The position numbers and the translations under genes were made by a program. Positions 49,450-57,212 of a stretch of 60,000 nt of DNA are shown one piece after another (position 1 is the first letter of the stretch; each line of letters begins with the position of its first letter). Below the pieces are notes generated by a model, which was not told the DNA's origin, ran no database searches, and saw nothing but the letters and a program-made list of their open reading frames with translations. Source of the stretch: a virus (lineage: Duplodnaviria; Caudoviricetes); IMG/VR virus record IMGVR_UViG_3300032246_001735, positions 1 to 60,000 of that record; one strand, given 5' to 3'.

Positions 49450-49794
49450 ATGGACACACAAACACAGCCCCGCAAAAAACGCAGCGACCGCAATCACATT
49501 GTGTACGAGCTGGTCATCGGCTCAGAAAACTATGTGGGAGTCACTGCTAAGACTGAGAGCACTGTGGTCAAGAGTGTGCAGAGCAGGCTCGCCAAGCACT
49601 GGTATCGTGCACAGAAGGAAGGCAAGGACTGGGCCTTGTGCCGTGCACTGCGTCAGTTGACCAATCGTGCAGAAGTTGAGATCCGCATACACGAGATCGT
49701 GCGGGGCAAGAGTGCCGCGCACAAGAGGGAAGTTGAGATCCGTCGTGGCGTTAAGCCCACACTGAACACAGATGTTAGGGGAGATAGTGCTTGA
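49450..49794 (+). CDS. GIY-YIG-like nuclease domain protein
   Basis: Start refined to MDTQ; HIVY..NYVGVT..RL.KH..E..I..P.LN pattern. Confidence 0.65.
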   Translation: MDTQTQPRKKRSDRNHIVYELVIGSENYVGVTAKTESTVVKSVQSRLAKHWYRAQKEGKDWALCRALRQLTNRAEVEIRIHEIVRGKSAAHKREVEIRRGVKPTLNTDVRGDSA

Positions 49795-49854
49795 CAGGGC
49801 ACTAAGACTTCGCTATAATACTTGAACACTAACGCAACAGAGAGAGCACACACT
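49791..49854 (+). promoter_or_regulatory. Promoter/leader cassette P2
   Basis: TTGACA(49791)-N17-TATAAT(49814)-ACTTGAACACTAAC. Confidence 0.9.
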
Positions 49855-50043
49855 ATGCTATACGACCTCGACACCTTCGTTAACACTAACGCTAGCACCT
49901 TTGAGGGCTCGCTTGAGGAGTTCACCAGCACGTTCCCTGCAGCAGACTGCGACGAAACAGCAGACCCAGTGCTGGTGTACCTGCGAGCGGGAGAGCCTGT
50001 TGCTTGGTACGACCTCGAACTTGAGTGCGGGTTTGTGGCTTAA
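49855..50043 (+). CDS. Small acidic hypothetical protein
   Basis: MLYDLD..; 62 aa, 13 D/E vs 1 R. Confidence 0.7.
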   Translation: MLYDLDTFVNTNASTFEGSLEEFTSTFPAADCDETADPVLVYLRAGEPVAWYDLELECGFVA

Positions 50044-50061
50044 ATGCCACAATCTGCGGGG

Positions 50062-50121
50062 TTGACAACAGCCCCGCAGTTCGCTATAATACTTGAACAC
50101 TAACAGCACGGAGCAGCAAAG
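50062..50121 (+). promoter_or_regulatory. Promoter/leader cassette P3
   Basis: TTGACA(50062)-N17-TATAAT(50085)-ACTTGAACACTAACAGCACGGAGC. Confidence 0.9.
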
Positions 50122-51012
50122 ATGAAAGCAGAAATTATTTTCCAAGACGGCAATTGGATCGGTATGGCAGCAGGCAAGAAAGTGGTCAAGAGCTACGATC
50201 AAACCCGTGTGGTCAAGATGATGGCCAAAGCAGGCTACAAGAACGTGCCCATCCGGGGTGAGGATGTTACCACTGCAGTGGAAGATGCAGAGTGCCAGTG
50301 GGACATCAATCAGCGATTCAGTTTCCTCACTGACCTCGTTACCATGGTAGCCAAACGGCAGGCTGTGAGTGTGGTTGTCACAGGTCCTGGAGGCCTAGGC
50401 AAGACGCACACTGTACAGGCTGCGCTCCAGTCAGCAGGTCTCAAAGATGCCAGCGACATGAACAATTATGGCAAAGACGGCCTGTATCGCGTGATCAAAG
50501 GCTATAGCACTGCTAAAGGCCTGTTCCGTGAACTCTACGAGAACCGTGACAGTGTGATCGTGTTTGACGACTGCGATGCTGTGCTCAAGGATCCCGTGGC
50601 CTTGAACCTGCTCAAAGGTGCTCTTGACAGTTACGACAAACGAGTGATTTCTTGGAATGCAGACTTCCGTGACGAAGATCTCGAGCGCAGTTTCCAGTTC
50701 ACGGGGCGTGTGATCTTTATCAGCAACATCAAGCGTGAGAATCTTGATGCTGCCTTGCTGACTCGTGCCTACTGTGTGGACCTGCGTATGACTGATGCAC
50801 AGAAACTGGAGCGTATGAGTGTGCTCACTGAAAGTGCTGACTTCCTGCCGCAGTTTGACATCAAGCACAAGCGGGAAGCACTGGCCCTGATTGGGGAGGT
50901 AGGCGATCGTGCTCGTGAGATCAGTCTGCGTACCCTGCAGGCTGTGACTCGGATCCGTGCTGCTAACACCAAGAACTGGCGTGCACTGGCAGAGTACACT
51001 TTGACCAACTAA
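50122..51012 (+). CDS. AAA+/P-loop ATPase
   Basis: Walker A GPGGLGKT, Walker B IVFDDCD, IFISN, ALLTR. Confidence 0.85.
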   Translation: MKAEIIFQDGNWIGMAAGKKVVKSYDQTRVVKMMAKAGYKNVPIRGEDVTTAVEDAECQWDINQRFSFLTDLVTMVAKRQAVSVVVTGPGGLGKTHTVQAALQSAGLKDASDMNNYGKDGLYRVIKGYSTAKGLFRELYENRDSVIVFDDCDAVLKDPVALNLLKGALDSYDKRVISWNADFRDEDLERSFQFTGRVIFISNIKRENLDAALLTRAYCVDLRMTDAQKLERMSVLTESADFLPQFDIKHKREALALIGEVGDRAREISLRTLQAVTRIRAANTKNWRALAEYTLTN

Positions 51013-51026
51013 GGCGGCAGTGCCGG

Positions 51027-51054
51027 GGTGTTGTAGAAATGCAACACCTTTTTT
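51027..51054 (+). terminator. Terminator-like hairpin / palindromic operator upstream of P4
   Basis: GGTGTTGT-AGAAAT-GCAACACC followed by TTTTTT; 51014-51061 matches 55801-55848 with one mismatch. Confidence 0.65.
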
Positions 51055-51056
51055 GG

Positions 51057-51120
51057 TTGACGGGCGGGCTCTAGTTCGCTATAATCATTGAACACTAACA
51101 GCACACACGGAGCAGTAGAG
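51057..51120 (+). promoter_or_regulatory. Promoter/leader cassette P4
   Basis: TTGACG(51057)-N17-TATAAT(51080)-CATTGAACACTAACAGCAC..GGAGC. Confidence 0.88.
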
Positions 51121-51525
51121 ATGGGCAAGATCTTACACTTTAGACCTACTTGTATCAATCTAGGCTGTAAGAGCCCGTGTACCCCCATGCGAGGCCGGAT
51201 TGGGGACAGTGACGTGCGCTACAGAGTTTTCTGTGACCTTTGCCACAGAAACAGTTATATGGACAAGCCCTTGGCCCCAGGTGTCACTCGCTTCAAGAAG
51301 AACCGTTGCTCCAATACCAATAGCCGACTGGGTTTCCCTTGCGTAGTGGATTGGGCCTTGGTAGAGAGCACAGGCTTCAAGCTGAGCACCGAAGTGGATC
51401 ACAAGAACGGTGACAATACAGACAATCGGTTGCGTAATCTGCAAGAGCTGTGCAGCCTGTGCCACAAGGAAAAAGGCAAGCGCAGTGGGGATCACGACAG
51501 CTGGAAACACTACAGATCGGCTTGA
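51121..51525 (+). CDS. HNH endonuclease-like protein with extra Cys motifs
   Basis: Start refined to MGKIL; VDHKNGDNTDNRLRNLQELCSLCH. Confidence 0.8.
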   Translation: MGKILHFRPTCINLGCKSPCTPMRGRIGDSDVRYRVFCDLCHRNSYMDKPLAPGVTRFKKNRCSNTNSRLGFPCVVDWALVESTGFKLSTEVDHKNGDNTDNRLRNLQELCSLCHKEKGKRSGDHDSWKHYRSA

Positions 51526-51579
51526 CAAGTAGAGTTTGCGGCTATATAATCATTGAACACTAAGCAAATGGGGCACGAG
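51522..51579 (+). promoter_or_regulatory. Promoter/leader cassette P5
   Basis: TTGACA(51522)-N17-TATAAT(51545)-CATTGAACACTAA. Confidence 0.88.
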
Positions 51580-51864
51580 ATGTTGCAAGACTACACCATG
51601 TACATTTGGAAACTGGATCGTCGACTCAAGACCGGGCGGCGTGCCGTTCAAACCTATGTTTATCGTGCCAAGCATGATCAGTGGATGCAGGAGGAGGTGC
51701 GTGATCTGCAGGCAGGCTTGTACCCTAAGAGCAAGGGGTTTGTGCTAGAGTTCGTGCCCACCATGAAGACGGTGCGGAACCTGATGACTGGGGAGGAAGT
51801 GCAGATCCCCCATGATACTCCTCGCTCTTGCGACCCTAGTACTGAACTTTATTGGAGCATGTGA
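51580..51864 (+). CDS. Hypothetical protein
   Basis: MLQDYT..V.NLMTG..V.I..DTP..CDPS.E.YWSM. Confidence 0.7.
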   Translation: MLQDYTMYIWKLDRRLKTGRRAVQTYVYRAKHDQWMQEEVRDLQAGLYPKSKGFVLEFVPTMKTVRNLMTGEEVQIPHDTPRSCDPSTELYWSM

Positions 51865-51865
51865 T

Positions 51866-52105
51866 ATGAATTGGATTCTACTAGCAGTGGCCACTCTGCA
51901 GCCCATTTCCGCTCACACCACGCGAGTGGGCTGTGAGTTGGAGATCAGACAGATGATCCGGCAGGAGAACCCCATGCCCCACCACTTGACATTTGAGCAA
52001 GAAGAAGCATACAAGGCCCGGATTGATGCACTGTACAATGGTCAAAAATCCTACCTCTGTGTGCGAAATAAGCCACAATCTTCGGTTGACAAGCCAGTTC
52101 AATGA
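51866..52105 (+). CDS. Hypothetical protein with hydrophobic N-terminus
   Basis: Start refined to MNWILLAV, after GGAG. Confidence 0.6.
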   Translation: MNWILLAVATLQPISAHTTRVGCELEIRQMIRQENPMPHHLTFEQEEAYKARIDALYNGQKSYLCVRNKPQSSVDKPVQ

Positions 52106-52144
52106 AGGTATAATACTTGAACACTGGGAAACAAGGAGTAGCAG
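52086..52144 (+). promoter_or_regulatory. Promoter/leader cassette P6
   Basis: TTGACA(52086)-N17-TATAAT(52109)-ACTTGAACACT..AAGGAG. Confidence 0.9.
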
Positions 52145-52234
52145 ATGTTAACAGTTCTTGCAGTTTGGTTTGCGGTCAGTGTGCCTGTAGCACTGCTGGT
52201 AGGCGCTGTAATCCGATTTGGCTCAGGAGAGTAA
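52145..52234 (+). CDS. 29-aa single-transmembrane peptide (missed by the ORF track)
   Basis: AAGGAG RBS; MLTVLAVWFAVSVPVALLVGAVIRFGSGE. Confidence 0.7.
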   Translation: MLTVLAVWFAVSVPVALLVGAVIRFGSGE

Positions 52235-52238
52235 CAGC

Positions 52239-52415
52239 ATGAAAATTGATACCATGATGGAGATTGGTGAAATTCAAGGTCTGCTAGAAGATCTTGCTGA
52301 GCGTATAGGCTACCTGCCCATTGCTACCGTGAAGCGGCGGCAGATGGAAAGCAAACTCCTGGAGATCGAAGAGTTCCTGGATGAGGAACTGCAGTTGGCC
52401 AGCACTGATTGGTAG
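52239..52415 (+). CDS. Small acidic helical protein
   Basis: Start refined to MKIDTMM, after AGGAG. Confidence 0.65.
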   Translation: MKIDTMMEIGEIQGLLEDLAERIGYLPIATVKRRQMESKLLEIEEFLDEELQLASTDW

Positions 52416-52416
52416 G

Positions 52417-52475
52417 TTGACACAAGGCTCAAAAGGCCTTATAATACTTGAACACTAGCAAACAAGGAGCAGCAA
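52417..52475 (+). promoter_or_regulatory. Promoter/leader cassette P7
   Basis: TTGACA(52417)-N17-TATAAT(52440)-ACTTGAACACTAGC..AAGGAGCAGCAA. Confidence 0.9.
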
Positions 52476-52808
52476 ATGAACTACACTCAAGAGCAGATTA
52501 ACGCAATCGTAGCAGAAGCCCAAGTTGAAGCCCGCCGGGCAGCAGAAGCATTCCACGCCCAGTATGGCGATCGTGATTGCTGTGGCTTTGCGTGGACCAA
52601 CATATACGGCATCAAAGGCAACACCAAGGTGGGCAAGATGCTCAAGGCTGCTGGTGTGCGGCAGGATTACACCAAGGCCTTCCAGATCTGGAACCCCTCA
52701 AAGTTCCCCACGCAGAGCATGAACATTCTGGAAGCGGGTGCACAGGCCGCAGCGGAGGTGTTCCGCAAGTACGGCTTCGACAGCCTTGCTGGCAGCAGGA
52801 TGGACTGA
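52476..52808 (+). CDS. Hypothetical phage protein (CGFAW motif)
   Basis: 110 aa, strong RBS; CCGFAW..QS..EAGA.A.A.V..SRMD. Confidence 0.75.
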   Translation: MNYTQEQINAIVAEAQVEARRAAEAFHAQYGDRDCCGFAWTNIYGIKGNTKVGKMLKAAGVRQDYTKAFQIWNPSKFPTQSMNILEAGAQAAAEVFRKYGFDSLAGSRMD

Positions 52809-52859
52809 GCCCTAAGGGGTGTGGTGTATGTGCCACACCCCGGCACTCCAATCTAGTGG

Positions 52860-52918
52860 TTGACAGGCGCCCAAGAGTTCGCTATAATACTTGAACACTA
52901 ACAGCAAGGAGCAGCAAG
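52860..52918 (+). promoter_or_regulatory. Promoter/leader cassette P8
   Basis: TTGACA(52860)-N17-TATAAT(52883)-ACTTGAACACTAACAGCAAGGAGCAGCAA. Confidence 0.9.
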
Positions 52919-53137
52919 ATGCAGTGGAACTTGGAAGGTATGCGAGTTTGGGGACACTACCTGGACATGTTCCCGGTCAGCGGAGAGGTTGTCTTGAGCC
53001 GCGTGTGCTATGGTGGCAGTGTACAGCATACCGTGGTCCTGGAGCAGCCCTTGACGGTGTTTGGTCGAGTGCGGGCAGCAGGCGAGCGGGTCTTGCTGGA
53101 TCACAAGGATGTGGTTCGTGTAAAGGATGCGGTATGA
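52919..53137 (+). CDS. Hypothetical protein
   Basis: MQWNLEGMRV..; directly after the cassette RBS. Confidence 0.7.
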   Translation: MQWNLEGMRVWGHYLDMFPVSGEVVLSRVCYGGSVQHTVVLEQPLTVFGRVRAAGERVLLDHKDVVRVKDAV

Positions 53138-53322
53138 CCAATGAGTATATCCCCGTAGTCGCTGTTCGTTGGTGGTTTCGCAATGACCACGAATGGATCC
53201 AGCATTTTGATAATGCCCCCGAGCGGGACTATTGGATCAACCGTGTGGGCTTGGTCACGCATCCTGACATTGTGCGAGTCACTATCTATGAAGGTGACTG
53301 GGAAATGAACCTTAAAGGATAG
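53134..53322 (+). CDS. Hypothetical protein
   Basis: MTNEYIPVV..; ATGA overlap with the previous gene. Confidence 0.65.
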   Translation: MTNEYIPVVAVRWWFRNDHEWIQHFDNAPERDYWINRVGLVTHPDIVRVTIYEGDWEMNLKG

Positions 53323-53323
53323 G

Positions 53324-53378
53324 TTGACAAGTCAGAGACTTGACAGTATAATACTTGAACACTAGCAAGGAGCACACG
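53324..53378 (+). promoter_or_regulatory. Promoter/leader cassette P9
   Basis: TTGACA(53324)-N17-TATAAT(53347)-ACTTGAACACTAGCAAGGAGC. Confidence 0.9.
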
Positions 53379-53570
53379 ATGTTGAACACTTGGGAAATGG
53401 ATACGATCCGCGAGATCAAGGCCCGTGTTGTGCGTAAACAACCCGTGGCAGATTGGGAGAAGCAGCTGGTCCTAGATCTGCTCCGCCGCGAAGGCGAGGT
53501 AGTGCGGCAGGATGTGATCGATCGTGCTCGCAATAGCGGCTTCAATGTGCAGGGCATCAAGACTCGATGA
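53379..53570 (+). CDS. Hypothetical protein
   Basis: Start refined to MLNTWEM. Confidence 0.68.
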   Translation: MLNTWEMDTIREIKARVVRKQPVADWEKQLVLDLLRREGEVVRQDVIDRARNSGFNVQGIKTR

Positions 53571-53580
53571 GGTTGACAAA

Positions 53581-53763
53581 ATGGAGCAAACTGTGAGCAA
53601 AGACACTTACCTGTTCTATACATACGATTCTAGGGGCAATGACAGGATCATCCCGGTCAAGGCCCATACCAGAGACCAAGCGTTCGAACTGTTCGATCGT
53701 GTGTACGGAGAGGACACACCGGTTGACTTCGTGGTACGCCGGGAAGAGCAGTATCTCGGTTGA
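53581..53763 (+). CDS. Hypothetical protein
   Basis: ATG 53581, or GTG 53593 after GGAG; preceded by an orphan GGTTGACA. Confidence 0.6.
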   Translation: MEQTVSKDTYLFYTYDSRGNDRIIPVKAHTRDQAFELFDRVYGEDTPVDFVVRREEQYLG

Positions 53764-53779
53764 CAAATAGGAACAGGAG

Positions 53780-54010
53780 ATGAATATGAGCAGACGTATT
53801 GAGTACCGTGTGGATTTGGATGAGCGTGGTGAATTCCGTGCCACAGTCTACGATGGCGACACTGTATTGGCCGAAGTTGACACCGAGGATATGATGTTTA
53901 TGATAGAGAACATGGGGGTCCGTGATCCTCGTGATCACCATGGGTTGAGGGATTATTTCCGCCTTGCTGGAGTGTTGGATTCTAGCGACACCTTTGAAGT
54001 CTGCGGTTGA
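53780..54010 (+). CDS. Small acidic hypothetical protein
   Basis: AGGAG RBS; ATG 53780 or 53786. Confidence 0.65.
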   Translation: MNMSRRIEYRVDLDERGEFRATVYDGDTVLAEVDTEDMMFMIENMGVRDPRDHHGLRDYFRLAGVLDSSDTFEVCG

Positions 54011-54026
54011 CCGGGAGGATTAAACA

Positions 54027-54206
54027 ATGGAATACCTCAAAAGAGCAGAACTCTACTGTGCGGCCAGAGGTGATGAACTTTGGTTCAAGAACCTGTACAC
54101 AGGATTCCGGCAATACAATACTGTGTCTGACAGTGTATGGAAGACCTTGAGTTACCTGTACAGCAACGAAACCGCTGATCTGCTGGAGAGCCAACAAACC
54201 GGTTGA
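54027..54206 (+). CDS. 59-aa hypothetical protein (missed by the ORF track)
   Basis: GGAGG RBS; MEYLKRAELYCAARGDELWFKNLY..QQTG; stop lies inside the next TTGACA. Confidence 0.68.
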   Translation: MEYLKRAELYCAARGDELWFKNLYTGFRQYNTVSDSVWKTLSYLYSNETADLLESQQTG

Positions 54207-54261
54207 CAAGCCCTAGACCCGGTGCTATAATACACTTACACTGAAACACAAGGAGCAGCAA
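54203..54261 (+). promoter_or_regulatory. Promoter/leader cassette P10 (variant leader)
   Basis: TTGACA(54203)-N17-TATAAT(54226) with TG extension; ..CAAGGAGCAGCAA. Confidence 0.88.
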
Positions 54262-54405
54262 ATGGAAACTTTTGATGATATCCAGTGCGAAGAGTACTAC
54301 GAGGCATTTGGCACCGAGCAGGAGCAGTTTGAGCAGTGGCAGCAGTCCTTGGAAGCAGCAGAGATTGACCTTGTTAACGCTGAACTCAGGTGCATTACTG
54401 GTTGA
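54262..54405 (+). CDS. 47-aa very acidic protein (missed by the ORF track)
   Basis: METFDDIQCEEYYEAFGTEQEQFEQWQQSLEAAEIDLVNAELRCITG; 13 D/E vs 1 R. Confidence 0.72.
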   Translation: METFDDIQCEEYYEAFGTEQEQFEQWQQSLEAAEIDLVNAELRCITG

Positions 54406-54460
54406 CAACGCCCGAAAGGGCTGCTATAATACTTGAACACTAACACAACGGAGCACGGAA
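54402..54460 (+). promoter_or_regulatory. Promoter/leader cassette P11
   Basis: TTGACA(54402)-N17-TATAAT(54425)-ACTTGAACACTAAC; spacer contains GCCC-GAAA-GGGC. Confidence 0.9.
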
Positions 54461-54766
54461 ATGAGCTACCCCAATATGAGTTACTGCATGTGCGAAAACA
54501 CCCTGCTGGCTCTGCAGCAGATTATCACGGCCATGAACATGGAAGGCACGGACTTTATCCGTGACCTGAGCCGTAGTGAGCGGCGTGCGTTCGGCGAACT
54601 GCTCAACGCCTGCGAGGACTTTAGGGCGGTTGCAGAGGAACTGCAGGACGAAGCGGATCGTGAAGAAGAGTACGAGGACGATATGGACGGCGATCATGCC
54701 AGTGCTTTGGCTTCGGCAGGCTTGGGCACAGACGAGGATTATGGTGCCTGCGACGAGCGGTTCTAA
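54461..54766 (+). CDS. Acidic hypothetical protein
   Basis: NMSYCM.ENT..; C-terminal DGDHASALASAG.GTDEDYG. Confidence 0.72.
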   Translation: MSYPNMSYCMCENTLLALQQIITAMNMEGTDFIRDLSRSERRAFGELLNACEDFRAVAEELQDEADREEEYEDDMDGDHASALASAGLGTDEDYGACDERF

Positions 54767-54802
54767 CCTGGATAATTGCGTCTGTTATTTTAAAGGAAAA
54801 TA

Positions 54803-55750
54803 ATGTATAAAACTACTAAGAAATTAGTTCTCACCTGTCTTGTTGGACTTATTCCCACGCTCTCGTTAGCATGGGAACCTACCAAACCAGTTAATGTGGT
54901 TATCGCGTATGGTCCTGGATCGGGAAACGAAATTCTCTTTAGAAAAATTGACAGTATCATCAAAAAAACAAATAAGAATGTAACATTTGTTCTTGAGTTT
55001 AAACCAGGTGCAAACGAATTAGTGGGTATGAACCATTTCGCACAAGCGGCGAATGATGGTTATACAATTTATGCTCCCGCAGTCGGTGTGTGGATTGGTA
55101 CACCTGTTTGGTACAAAAAATCAATGATTCAAGATCCCATCGAATGGTCACCGATTGTCAGTCTAGGCGAAGCGCCACTGGCTCTATATGCTTCTAATGA
55201 AAGTAAAGTGAATAACCCTAGAGAATTTTCACAGGCATTAACAGCAGGTGCTAAAATTAATGTGGGAGTTGGTGCTGCTGTTCATGTTCTATCGTATGAA
55301 TATATGGCTAAACAGACCAATGCGACTAACGCTCAACGTATTCAATTTAATAGCCCTGCCGCGGTGGCACAAGCAGTTTCCGGTAACCAAATTGAATTTG
55401 GTATTAGTCCATTGCCTATCGCTCTAGAACTTGCAAAAGCCGGTAAACTTAAAATTATTGGTATCACAGGAAATATAAAGGGGGGCCCCTATCCAAATAT
55501 AGCAGACACATTTAAAGGTCTTGACTTAGTTGGGCAGATCGGAATCGTACTTCCTAAAAATACTTCGAAAGAAATTTTAGATTTTTATATCGGACTATTT
55601 ACAGAAGCAGTTAATAGCCCAGAATATCTAGAGTTTTTAAAAGAAACTAATTGGTTTGATACTATGTATAATCACAATAATTTCAAAGCATTTATTTTTT
55701 CACAACGCAAGAAGTGGATCCCTGTAGCAGAAACAATACAGTTTAACTAA
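54803..55750 (+). CDS. Bug/TctC family substrate-binding protein (second copy)
   Basis: Signal peptide; WEPTKPV.VVI.Y.PG, KPGA..VG, A..DGYTI, GKLKIIG motifs. Confidence 0.85.
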   Translation: MYKTTKKLVLTCLVGLIPTLSLAWEPTKPVNVVIAYGPGSGNEILFRKIDSIIKKTNKNVTFVLEFKPGANELVGMNHFAQAANDGYTIYAPAVGVWIGTPVWYKKSMIQDPIEWSPIVSLGEAPLALYASNESKVNNPREFSQALTAGAKINVGVGAAVHVLSYEYMAKQTNATNAQRIQFNSPAAVAQAVSGNQIEFGISPLPIALELAKAGKLKIIGITGNIKGGPYPNIADTFKGLDLVGQIGIVLPKNTSKEILDFYIGLFTEAVNSPEYLEFLKETNWFDTMYNHNNFKAFIFSQRKKWIPVAETIQFN

Positions 55751-55813
55751 TTGTGAAATTACCAAATCGAGTGTTTTTTACAGAGGTCACTGGGCTATTT
55801 GCGGCAGTGCCGG

Positions 55814-55841
55814 GGTGTTGTAGAAATACAACACCTTTTTT
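55814..55841 (+). terminator. Terminator-like hairpin / palindromic operator upstream of P12
   Basis: GGTGTTGTA-GAAA-TACAACACC followed by TTTTTT. Confidence 0.7.
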
Positions 55842-55843
55842 GG

Positions 55844-55901
55844 TTGACAGGCAGTCCAAACTCCGCTATAATCATTGAACACTAACGCAATGGAGCAGCA
55901 A
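55844..55901 (+). promoter_or_regulatory. Promoter/leader cassette P12
   Basis: TTGACA(55844)-N17-TATAAT(55867)-CATTGAACACTAACGCAATGGAGCAGCAA. Confidence 0.9.
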
Positions 55902-56159
55902 ATGATTTCAGCAAAACAGCAGGCACGTTTCGATCGCGAAGCACAGCAGCGCGAGGTCTTTGTTCAGGCACTGAATCAAATGATGGAGGCACAGCGTGAA
56001 AACTACGGCGGTTACGCTTATAGTGCCGGTTGGCTGCAGAGTATGTTGACTCAGGCTTGGATGCAAATGCCCAAGGCAAAGCGCGAGCGGGTGCTGGAAG
56101 ATGTGCAGGCTCAGACCATCAAGCAGTTGAAAGAAGTGGTTGACCGGGCTCGAGTTTGA
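55902..56159 (+). CDS. Hypothetical protein
   Basis: Start refined to MISAKQQ; YAYSAGWLQS motif. Confidence 0.7.
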   Translation: MISAKQQARFDREAQQREVFVQALNQMMEAQRENYGGYAYSAGWLQSMLTQAWMQMPKAKRERVLEDVQAQTIKQLKEVVDRARV

Positions 56160-56197
56160 CACTATAATACTTGAACACTAACAGCAAGGAGCACTAG
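56140..56197 (+). promoter_or_regulatory. Promoter/leader cassette P13
   Basis: TTGACC(56140)-N17-TATAAT(56163)-ACTTGAACACTAACAGCAAGGAGC. Confidence 0.88.
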
Positions 56198-56398
56198 ATG
56201 ACTAACATTGAACTGGCAAAAGGCATCAAGCACGGTATGTTCGCTAGCCGCCCTACCGTTGAGGAGGCTTGGGACTATGTGGATCACATTGCCCGCTCCT
56301 GCGGCAAGGACAACCGTGCGGCAGTGATCACTGCGGTGCAGGTCATGCTTAACACCGTGGCAGAGCAGATGTTGCGTAACGAACACACTGAAGTCTAA
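56198..56398 (+). CDS. Hypothetical protein
   Basis: 66 aa, after the cassette RBS. Confidence 0.7.
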   Translation: MTNIELAKGIKHGMFASRPTVEEAWDYVDHIARSCGKDNRAAVITAVQVMLNTVAEQMLRNEHTEV

Positions 56399-56402
56399 GT
56401 GG

Positions 56403-56460
56403 TTGACGCAGCCCTTCGGGGCTGCTATAATACTTGAACACTAGAGCAATGGAGCACACA
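56403..56460 (+). promoter_or_regulatory. Promoter/leader cassette P14
   Basis: TTGACG(56403)-N17-TATAAT(56426); spacer forms GCAGCCC-TTCG-GGGCTGC. Confidence 0.9.
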
Positions 56461-56697
56461 ATGGCTATCACAGAAGATCAAATTGCCGATATGGCTTTGA
56501 AGGCCTGTTTCTATGTTACGCCCGAGGATCAGTGGCTGAGAATCGATTACTGCGATATGTCAGAGGGATACTTTCAGTGCCACGACGAAGAGTCCTTTGA
56601 AGAGTACCGTGTGGATTTTGCAGAGGTCACCCTGCAAGGTAACGAATGCTTCTATCAACTGACCAAGATGGAAGTAGTTGACACAGAGTCAGTTTGA
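56461..56697 (+). CDS. Acidic hypothetical protein
   Basis: Start refined to MAITEDQ; D/E-rich. Confidence 0.7.
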   Translation: MAITEDQIADMALKACFYVTPEDQWLRIDYCDMSEGYFQCHDEESFEEYRVDFAEVTLQGNECFYQLTKMEVVDTESV

Positions 56698-56735
56698 CAG
56701 TATAATACTTGAACACTAGAGCAATGGAGCAAGTG
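56678..56735 (+). promoter_or_regulatory. Promoter/leader cassette P15
   Basis: TTGACA(56678)-N17-TATAAT(56701)-ACTTGAACACTAGAGCAATGGAGC. Confidence 0.9.
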
Positions 56736-57011
56736 ATGCGAGTAAAAACGATCGACCCATACGATACCCGTGCGTACACCTGCGCGGTGCTGGAACTTGT
56801 CGACGAAGGTATGCTGGACAAGGACACACTGATCGCAGACTTGCTCAGTTGGATGAGCGAGTTCGAAGTTGAGCAGTTTTGCCGCAAGAACTTGCGGGAC
56901 GATGACACCAACGAGTGCCTGATTGGTCCCGATGTGGACGATGAGGAAGAGGACAGTGACGAAGCACTACTGAACAACTTTAACTATGTGGGTTCACGTC
57001 ATCACTATTGA
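56736..57011 (+). CDS. Acidic hypothetical protein
   Basis: Start refined to MRVKTID; ends FNYVGSRHHY. Confidence 0.7.
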   Translation: MRVKTIDPYDTRAYTCAVLELVDEGMLDKDTLIADLLSWMSEFEVEQFCRKNLRDDDTNECLIGPDVDDEEEDSDEALLNNFNYVGSRHHY

Positions 57012-57022
57012 TCGGAGAGCAT

Positions 57023-57211
57023 ATGATCCCGGAATTTATTCATAAGATTGACTGGGCTCTGTTACGCAAACAGAAACGTTGGCTGCGGCGGCAATTGCAG
57101 CGCCATCTTGACTGTGCCGAAGCAGAGGGGCTACTGGCCCTAGTGGTTGCGATACAGGACTACGCAGTTGATGAGATGTTTATTGATGAAGCAGAAGTTT
57201 TTGGAGAATGA
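57023..57211 (+). CDS. Hypothetical protein
   Basis: Start refined to MIPEFI, after GGAG; IDW.LLR.QK..L..IQD.AVD. Confidence 0.65.
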   Translation: MIPEFIHKIDWALLRKQKRWLRRQLQRHLDCAEAEGLLALVVAIQDYAVDEMFIDEAEVFGE

Positions 57212-57212
57212 T

